Assembly (NCBI GenBank): GCA_964510585.1 | Contig: CAZECW010000062.1 | Span: 30,001-62,000 of the forward strand | Origin: an uncultured archaeon | Lineage (GTDB): Archaea > Asgardarchaeota > Jordiarchaeia > Jordiarchaeales > Jordiarchaeaceae | Length of the DNA: 32,000 bases | Direction: 5' to 3' | In this document: piece by piece, positions 1-6,996 of the stretch | How the letters are laid out: each line of letters starts with the position of its first letter | Position numbering within the stretch: the first letter of the stretch is position 1 | Position numbers and translations under genes: made by a program | Notes under the pieces: model-generated | What the model was told of the DNA's origin: nothing | Seen by the model: the letters and a program-made list of their open reading frames with translations, nothing else | The model's database searches: none

Positions 1-1300
1 CTGTCTGCTCAAAAAGGGCTCCTTGCTCACCCACATATTTACTGAGTGTGGATGTGATATCTTGCATCCTCTGCCTTAATGTTTCAAATGATATGGCTAG
101 TGCGCTGAGGGATTCTGTGGTTTCATCCTTATATTTCTCAACTATGCGTAGGGCTCCTAGTTGGAAATTGTTTATGAATTCTTTTATCTTGGAGGTTACT
201 CTTTTTGATTCTCCAAGTATTAGCTCTTTGAGCTTTGTGGCTTGAACTTTGACCTTTTCCTCAGCCTCTCCCATGAAGCTGACTAATCTTTTCTGATTCA
301 AATCAAGGCTTTTTCCAATATACTCTAGAAGTGCCGAGTTAACGTCCCGTACCTTTGATAGTTGAGTTTCAGTTAGGGGCTTCAATTCCTCCACAAATTC
401 TGAAACTACAGATATGACGGCCTTAGCAATTTTTAGGGTGTTATCCTTTATGGTGTTTAGTGATTGAAGGTTAATCTCTCTAACTCCTTTTAGAGATTGG
501 TCTAGGGTGTAATCTACGTTTGAGAATAGGGATGTGAGTTCAGAGTTTGTTCTTGCGGATAAATCTACTATCCTCGTTTCTGTAGTTTTCAAAGTATCAT
601 TTACAGCGGTTTCCAGCTTTTCTTGGAACTCATTTAAGGAGATTCTTGTATGTTCTATGAAATCTTTCAATACGCTCTCAGAGGTATCCTTTAACCGATC
701 TATGTCGCTTCGAAACATGTCCACTGCTTCTTTAGCCCTATTGACGAGAGTCCTTATTATTTCTCGGGAGTCATTTTCGTGATGTTCAAGCATTTGTGTC
801 AGGAGTTCTCCAATGCTTTGTGATTGTTGATTGGCTTCGATTTGGAAATTGTCCAGAGAGCCTCTGGTTGAAGCCAGAAGCTGGCCTAGCAGTTGAGAGC
901 TGCTGTCTTTAACCTCCCTCAAATGACTGGATAAGCGCTCATCGAGCTGAGATTTGAGAGAAGACACGCTCCTATTAAGATGGTCGATGGCGCTTTTGGC
1001 ACGTTCCACCATGTTTTTTTTCAAGTTTTCCAGCTTTAACTGAAGTGTTTCGGCAACCATACCAGTAAGAGCTATGCGGGGTGTTAAAGCAATGTAGAAG
1101 TCGATTTTCCCCGGAATTTTTTTAACAACTCCCATAGACTCCAGTTTTTCAAGCTCCCGCGTAACTTCCGGAATAGTTAGATTCGTATAAACTGCCAATT
1201 CTGAGGCTGTTTTTGCACCCAACCCCACACACGTTGCGTAAACTTTTGCCTGTACGCCGGTTATTCCAACATCCTTCAGAGTGTCTTCCCAAACGGACAT
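1..1300 (-). CDS. TrmB-type winged-HTH protein with long hendecad coiled coil (3' end outside window)
   Basis: Translated by hand, not in ORF track. ATG at 1300 then 433 codons with no stop to the window edge. The N-terminus MSVWEDTLKDVGITGVQAKVYATCVGLGAKTASELAVYTNLTIPEVTRELEKLESMGVVKKIPGKIDFYIALTP fits the TrmB wHTH pattern; the rest is helical with 11-residue periodicity. Starts 1 nt after the upstream stop codon. Confidence 0.88.
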   Translation of the reverse strand, partial: MSVWEDTLKDVGITGVQAKVYATCVGLGAKTASELAVYTNLTIPEVTRELEKLESMGVVKKIPGKIDFYIALTPRIALTGMVAETLQLKLENLKKNMVERAKSAIDHLNRSVSSLKSQLDERLSSHLREVKDSSSQLLGQLLASTRGSLDNFQIEANQQSQSIGELLTQMLEHHENDSREIIRTLVNRAKEAVDMFRSDIDRLKDTSESVLKDFIEHTRISLNEFQEKLETAVNDTLKTTETRIVDLSARTNSELTSLFSNVDYTLDQSLKGVREINLQSLNTIKDNTLKIAKAVISVVSEFVEELKPLTETQLSKVRDVNSALLEYIGKSLDLNQKRLVSFMGEAEEKVKVQATKLKELILGESKRVTSKIKEFINNFQLGALRIVEKYKDETTESLSALAISFETLRQRMQDITSTLSKYVGEQGALFEQT

Positions 1301-1301
1301 T

Positions 1302-3623
1302 TTAAGCTCCCCCTACTTTTGAGATTTCTTTTTCGACGGCCTCTAATTGTTTTTGAGCATCGCTCACAGTCTTCAAAAAGTTTGCGAGGCCCTTTGATAT
1401 TGTCCCTCCACTCTTTTTTACTTCACCCTCAACAGAGGAGAGGCTGGTAATGAGCGTTTTAATGTTTTCCTGTATACTGCTCATCCCCTCCTTCAATTCT
1501 TTAAGCAACTGGTTTCCCTGCTCTGATAATTCACTGCTTGTTTTTTCACCCTGCTCCGAAAGTTTTTTAGAAATACTTGTGTAGGAACCTTCAAGGCTTT
1601 CCTTCACCTTTACCTTAACAGAAGTCAAGTTGGGTTCAGCGTCCTCAGCCACACTTTTTATATGTTCGCTCAGGGAAGATTTTTCCACCTCTGCTGTTTC
1701 CAAAATGCTCGACTTGCTCTCCTCCAGCTCCTTCTTGAGACTATTTATACTATTTGTGACAATGCTTTTTAGGGAGGACTCCAATTTTTCAACAGACTCT
1801 ATGGTTGTTGAGGAGCTCCCATTTATTCCCTCATCCATTTTTTGTTGGAATTCTTTTACCAGATTTTCAATACTTCTTCCCAGATTCTGGTCCAGTTCCT
1901 GTAATTTCTTTATAAAAGCTTCCTGTGCTTCTGCCGTTCTCGTCTTGGTTCCTTCAAGAATTTGGCCAAATTTCCCTTTTGATTCTCCAACGTCTCTAAC
2001 TACTCTTTCTATGGATTGCTCTATTTCCGTGGTTATGCTTGTTGATGCACTCTCCCCAATTTCACCCATCAATTCGCTGGTATTTTTAATAAGTTCTGAG
2101 GCCTTGCTTCTAAAATCAGTATTCTGAGATAGGACTAAGGCTTGGTTAGAGTCAATGGCGCTCCTGATATTGCTTGTGACACTGTCTTTAATGGACTTGT
2201 TCTTTTCGACATACCCCTCCAAAGACTCAGACAATTTTTCCAAGAATGTCTTCATAACCCCATCAAAATCCTGCTTTGTTCCTGCCAGTCCAGAATCGAA
2301 ATCAGACTTTATGAGTGAGGCGCTATCATAAAAGGATTTAACAGACACTGTTGCCATTTGTGCGAATTGCTCCTCATAATTTTGGAGAACCGACTGAATC
2401 TCCTTCAGCTGAGAAACAAGCATTTCATTAATATTAGTATTTATTGAGTCTACTAATTTGGATATTTGTTCCAACGCCTTTGAGAGATCCTCTTTTATTT
2501 GTTCCTGTAAAGTTTGCACACTTCCCTCTAGCCGTTCTAGTTGACTTACAAGTTGGGAGGAGAGACCGGAAAGCAAGTTCTCTACATTCTTAGAGAACTC
2601 TTCCTCCTTTGAACTGACTACTTCAGAAAGTTTGTCTCTCGCTCTGTTGCTTATTTCTTCGATTTCCTTGAATTTGGCTTCCGCAATGCCTTTTAGTTCG
2701 GCTTTTAACTCTTCCTTCACTTTCTCAAGAAGGGATGTGGCTTCTTCAAATTTTTCGTCCACATCGCTCTTAAGCCCCTCGTGAGACTCAGCCACCTTAC
2801 CTTTATACTCATCGCAAATCTTGTCTAGAGCGCGTATGGTTTCTGAATCCAGTGTTTCCAGTCTATTTTTCATCTGGAGGACTATGGATTCAGCTCTCTT
2901 TTTGGCGTCCGCAAATATGGATAAGAGATCATCTTGATGTTTGTCTAAAATTTCAGATGCCTGTGTTCCAAAATCCGTGATTTGATTCGTAAAGCTTGCA
3001 TAGTTTTCTTTTATTTCGTTGCCTTCTTCCTCTTCAAACTTTTGTATACTTGAAAGGAGTTGGCTGCTTAACTCTTTGGAGACCTTTGATAATAGTTCCT
3101 CCTGCTTCTTTCTATTTTCTTGGGTTCTGGAGCGAAATTCCGCCGCGGATTCACCAATCTGCGAAATCATGGAGCCTAGTTGAGTGTCTAGGTTTGATTC
3201 TGTGTTTGTGATGCTTTGATTGAAACTGCTCTTTGAAGCCTCGATTTTCTCCGTGATTCTGCTATCTATTTGTTTCAGGTTTGCAAGTAGCTCCTCAGTT
3301 ATGCGGTCAATTCCCTGGCTGAGAACGTCAACCTGTGTGTTAATTTCTTCCCTTAGGCTTGTTTCCATCTCCTGCATCCATTTGATGACATTGTTTTCCG
3401 CATCCTTGAGTGAAGCTAAAAACTTCTTCCTTAATGCATCCTCATTCGTCTGCAACTGTTTGGATGTGGTTTTCAATTTTTCAGATGAGGAACCAATTTG
3501 CTCGGTTAGGCTGGTAAATGTTTGATCCAGCCTTGTCTCCAAGTCCTTGACGCTATTTTTTGTCTCTTCTAAGGATTCCCTTCTGGCTGCAACCTTCTGC
3601 TGAATTTTTTCCATAGATTTCAT
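1302..3623 (-). CDS. 773-aa all-helical hendecad coiled-coil / apolipoprotein-like repeat protein
   Basis: Long ORF rich in S/E/K/L with a single Pro. Consecutive 11-mers have hydrophobic residues at positions 1/2, 5 and 8/9. No transmembrane segment or globular domain seen. Start overlaps the upstream stop by 4 nt. Confidence 0.88.
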   Translation of the reverse strand: MKSMEKIQQKVAARRESLEETKNSVKDLETRLDQTFTSLTEQIGSSSEKLKTTSKQLQTNEDALRKKFLASLKDAENNVIKWMQEMETSLREEINTQVDVLSQGIDRITEELLANLKQIDSRITEKIEASKSSFNQSITNTESNLDTQLGSMISQIGESAAEFRSRTQENRKKQEELLSKVSKELSSQLLSSIQKFEEEEGNEIKENYASFTNQITDFGTQASEILDKHQDDLLSIFADAKKRAESIVLQMKNRLETLDSETIRALDKICDEYKGKVAESHEGLKSDVDEKFEEATSLLEKVKEELKAELKGIAEAKFKEIEEISNRARDKLSEVVSSKEEEFSKNVENLLSGLSSQLVSQLERLEGSVQTLQEQIKEDLSKALEQISKLVDSINTNINEMLVSQLKEIQSVLQNYEEQFAQMATVSVKSFYDSASLIKSDFDSGLAGTKQDFDGVMKTFLEKLSESLEGYVEKNKSIKDSVTSNIRSAIDSNQALVLSQNTDFRSKASELIKNTSELMGEIGESASTSITTEIEQSIERVVRDVGESKGKFGQILEGTKTRTAEAQEAFIKKLQELDQNLGRSIENLVKEFQQKMDEGINGSSSTTIESVEKLESSLKSIVTNSINSLKKELEESKSSILETAEVEKSSLSEHIKSVAEDAEPNLTSVKVKVKESLEGSYTSISKKLSEQGEKTSSELSEQGNQLLKELKEGMSSIQENIKTLITSLSSVEGEVKKSGGTISKGLANFLKTVSDAQKQLEAVEKEISKVGGA

Positions 3624-5353
3624 TCCTCCTTAATCATGACTTTTTCATTTAAAGCCTCAAACTCTTTTAGAAAAATCGGCTGCTTGCTAAAGGCGTTTGT
3701 AGCCTTTTCATATAGCCTCTTAATTCTATCCTTGTCCCCAGCTCTCAGGAAGTGTTCAAAGGCCTTGTGGTAAAAAACGCGTGCCATCATTTTTAAGCCT
3801 TTAGCATCATAATCGTCTCCGATTTCTTCATAGATTAGAGCCACACTCCTAGCGGTGGAGCGGGCCTTCCACTCCACACCCGATGCTGCAAAGAGGTCTG
3901 AGGCGTGGGAAAGGAGGGATCGCGAATAGAAGTGTTTACCCCTATCCTCAAAAAGTTTGGCGGCCTTCTCCAGAATCATTCCCGCCCGTTCCATATCTCC
4001 CAACCTCTCATAAATACTTGCAGTTATCCGGAAGAGCTGAAACGATTCACTGTAAAGCTTCTTTTCTATGGCAGAGTGCGCATAAACCTCGGCGTTTGCA
4101 GCAACCTCTAAGGCAAGAGCCGGTTTATCCTGAGAAATCAACATGTTCGCTGAATCCCTCAACCATTCAAAATAAATGCGATCCAACCTTTCCCCAGTTT
4201 CTATTATCCTTCCAATAACCTTCAACACTGTTCTTGCTCGGCCATAAATCTGATCCACGTTTACAAGAAGCCTCAACATTTCATAGATGGCTTCGGACTT
4301 GAGCCACGCCGTGGACTCATCAACCTCTACTATACCCTCCTTAACAAGCAGGTTTAGCGCCTCCCTGCTAGTTTTCTTATCACCCTCCTGACCGATTTCC
4401 TCCAGAGGAAGCATGTTAAATTTTTGCGAAACAATTCTATCTATTACAGTCTCCTTTTCCACAGTAAGATCAGTTAAAGCATTGAGAGCGTTGTCTTGGA
4501 TCCTGCTATTTACCAGTCGAAAAATCTCCACGCTTGGCTGAGCCCCACTCTTACCTATTTCCCGCAGCAAGCCACACATATACAAAGCTAGCTTGAATGG
4601 GATACCTCCTGAAGCCTTGGTTAATTCCTCCTTAAGAGCATCATCAATCTTGATTCCGGTTGAAGCCTGATATTTCTGTATTAACAGTCGAATATCCTGT
4701 GTGGGGAAAACGTCCAACTCAACAATATGAAAGAGTTGTGGCTTATCACCCACCAAAACCTCCAGAAACCGCCTATCCACGCAGATCACAAAAAACAAGT
4801 TAAACTTCATTTCGACCAGTTTGGCTGCGACCTCTCTTAACAGGCGATAAGCCGTCTCGTAACCCAACCAAGCGAAACGCTCAAAATCGTCGCAGAAAAA
4901 CATTAAAATCTTGCGAAGCTTTTCCTGAACCTTATCCATATCCTCAAAAAACTGCTTCAAAAAATATTCCAGCTCAGCATCCCCAATCTCCTTAGACAAT
5001 GGAGGAGGCGCAACATACTTTTTTTCTCCCATAAACTTTTTCCTAGCCTCAGGAGCATAACCATCAACAGTCCTTTTGACATCATCGAAAAACACTCTCA
5101 CACCAGCCGCTGAGACCCTTCTTAATAATACTTCTATGCCTTCCTTCTCCGCTATCTGTGCAAACCTTTTAAGCAGGGAAGACTTTCCAATACCTGGAAT
5201 ACCAGTGATAACAAAAATCCTTCTATCTTCAGAACCAGTCTTGGCCCGAGAAATAAAGTCCTGAAACAATCCAATTTCTCTGGTTCTACCCGTAAAAAGC
5301 TCCCTATCAGCTGGTTCAACACAACTAATTTTCTTCTCCAAAACAACCACCAA
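3620..5353 (-). CDS. STAND-class (AAA_16-like) P-loop ATPase with wHTH and C-terminal TPR/SNAP-like helical repeats
   Basis: FTGRTREI lead-in, Walker A GIPGIGKS, Walker B MFFCDDFE, STAND GxP motif (SGGIPFKL), wHTH-like LNLLVKEGIVEV, and Ala/Tyr-patterned helical repeats at the C-terminus. TTG start. Confidence 0.82.
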   Translation of the reverse strand: MVVVLEKKISCVEPADRELFTGRTREIGLFQDFISRAKTGSEDRRIFVITGIPGIGKSSLLKRFAQIAEKEGIEVLLRRVSAAGVRVFFDDVKRTVDGYAPEARKKFMGEKKYVAPPPLSKEIGDAELEYFLKQFFEDMDKVQEKLRKILMFFCDDFERFAWLGYETAYRLLREVAAKLVEMKFNLFFVICVDRRFLEVLVGDKPQLFHIVELDVFPTQDIRLLIQKYQASTGIKIDDALKEELTKASGGIPFKLALYMCGLLREIGKSGAQPSVEIFRLVNSRIQDNALNALTDLTVEKETVIDRIVSQKFNMLPLEEIGQEGDKKTSREALNLLVKEGIVEVDESTAWLKSEAIYEMLRLLVNVDQIYGRARTVLKVIGRIIETGERLDRIYFEWLRDSANMLISQDKPALALEVAANAEVYAHSAIEKKLYSESFQLFRITASIYERLGDMERAGMILEKAAKLFEDRGKHFYSRSLLSHASDLFAASGVEWKARSTARSVALIYEEIGDDYDAKGLKMMARVFYHKAFEHFLRAGDKDRIKRLYEKATNAFSKQPIFLKEFEALNEKVMIKEE

Positions 5354-5536
5354 TCAAAAATTAACACTAAACAAAAATAATAGAAAAAAGTATAGATAAA
5401 CATTTTTTATATAGAAAAAAGAAGAAAAATTCAGAATACGTTTTACAAAAACATTATTATGATCATTTAAGCATAAAATCCGAATGAGCTTAGAGAGGAG
5501 GAAACAGTCCTGAGGGCAAATCTAAATGGATTTCAG

Positions 5537-6319
5537 ATGTACTATGAAGATGCGGGTAAGGGAGCACCCGTAATCTTTATTCACGGTCTGGGAGGAGATT
5601 CCAAAGAGTGGAAGCTCGTTATACCTGAATTGTCAAGAGAAGCTAGATGTATTACTGTTGACCTGAGGGGACACGGACACTCAGATAAGTCTAACGAACC
5701 TTATACACAATCTCTTTTCGCCAAGGACTTAATATCTTTATTAGACTACTTGAGTATAAATTGCGCATACTTTTGCGGCGCCAGTATGGGAGGATACGTA
5801 GCCCAAAAAGTTGCTTTAAGTCACCCCCAAAGAGTAAAAGGACTAATACTGGTAGGCTCAGCCCCCTACATCCCAGAGCAAACCGTAAAAGTTTCGGGAA
5901 AATGGGCAGAAACCCTCTTAACACGAGGGTTGGAAGCCTTCATAGAAGCCCAAATCAAAGATGTTTTTCATCCAGCCTTCGCCAGACGCAACAAAGAAGT
6001 AATTGACCTCTTTCGGGAAAGTAAGAGGAAACCACCCTCCGAAGTTTCAGGTCTAATAAATAAAGGTATGCAAATTGAACCCATAGACTTTCGAAAAAAG
6101 CTAAAAGAAATAAAGGCACCCACCCTAATTATCCATGGACGCGATGACAAAATAGTTCCAGTGGAATGCGCTGAACTTATGCACAAGCAAATTCCCAACT
6201 CCCAACTGGCAGTCCTCCCCCTTTGTGGCCACTTACCCACGATGGAACGCCCAACATTTTTTGCTGATCTACTGCTCTACTTCATAGAAAAAACAGAGAG
6301 GAAAACCGAAAGCAAATGA
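5537..6319 (+). CDS. alpha/beta-fold hydrolase (enol-lactonase/esterase-like)
   Basis: HGLGG oxyanion motif, GASMGG nucleophile, HGRDD acid, CGH histidine. An in-frame CTG at 5510 after GAGGAGG may be the true start (MRANLNGFQMYYED). Confidence 0.93.
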   Translation: MYYEDAGKGAPVIFIHGLGGDSKEWKLVIPELSREARCITVDLRGHGHSDKSNEPYTQSLFAKDLISLLDYLSINCAYFCGASMGGYVAQKVALSHPQRVKGLILVGSAPYIPEQTVKVSGKWAETLLTRGLEAFIEAQIKDVFHPAFARRNKEVIDLFRESKRKPPSEVSGLINKGMQIEPIDFRKKLKEIKAPTLIIHGRDDKIVPVECAELMHKQIPNSQLAVLPLCGHLPTMERPTFFADLLLYFIEKTERKTESK

Positions 6320-6427
6320 ATCATTCATTATTCAAAAGGCTACCCAAAGAAGTAAATGGGCGTCCTAAAAAACCACTTCACACTGTTGCCGTATTGTATA
6401 AATTTTTTTAAAGACACTTTAGCCCAT

Positions 6428-6452
6428 ATAGACTCTGTAGAGTCTATTTTTT
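6428..6452 (+). terminator. Candidate hairpin plus T-tract terminator between convergent genes
   Basis: ATAGACTC-TGTA-GAGTCTAT (8-bp perfect stem) running into T6, about 110 nt after the hydrolase stop. Confidence 0.5.
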
Positions 6453-6543
6453 GAGTGTGAATATGCACCACGACTCGCATATCCAAAATTAGTTTTAGTC
6501 CCAAAAGTTTAATGCTGCTTCAATAGAGGAAAAATTTGTGTTT

Positions 6544-6996
6544 TTATTGGGAGGATTTGCTTAGTTCTCTTATTCTGGACTGTATGAACTCTAGAACCTT
6601 CGCTTCGCTGTATTTTTTCTCTTCTTGTTGTTTTTTCAAGAGTTCTTTGATTGATTTTATAAGTTCTTCCATATTTAGGGGTTTAAGGAGGTACCTATCG
6701 GCGTTCCTGTTTACGGCTTCTATGGCATTCTGCATAGATGGATAGCCAGTAATTATTATTTTAGCCATTTTCGGGATTGTTTCCTTCATCATGCTCAACA
6801 ATTTTGTTCCCTCCATGTCTGGAAGACGAATGTCCACCAGTGCGAGGTTGTAGAAATTGTTTTCAGTTTTTTCTATCGCCTCCTTTCCGCTCCTAGCGGT
6901 GTCAACAATGTAGCCTTCTTCCTGAAGTATGGCAGTCAGAACTTTTCTAATGCTTTCATCGTCGTCAACAATAAGAATCCTGGCGGATTCACTCAT
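6544..6996 (-). CDS. Stand-alone response regulator receiver (REC) protein
   Basis: ILIVDDD acidic pocket, LVDIRLPDMEG phospho-Asp, IITG, LLKP. Short C-terminal helix and no output domain. 4-nt overlap with the kinase. Confidence 0.96.
   Translation of the reverse strand: MSESARILIVDDDESIRKVLTAILQEEGYIVDTARSGKEAIEKTENNFYNLALVDIRLPDMEGTKLLSMMKETIPKMAKIIITGYPSMQNAIEAVNRNADRYLLKPLNMEELIKSIKELLKKQQEEKKYSEAKVLEFIQSRIRELSKSSQ

Noticed and set aside
48-3525. Plus-strand ORFs opposite the coiled-coil genes (and similar antisense ORFs across the window)
   Set aside because: Shadow frames of real genes, Ser/Leu/Phe-rich with no motifs.
1302-3623. Phage tape-measure protein or SMC subunit
   Set aside because: No virion, terminase or integrase genes nearby, and no SMC Walker motifs or hinge.
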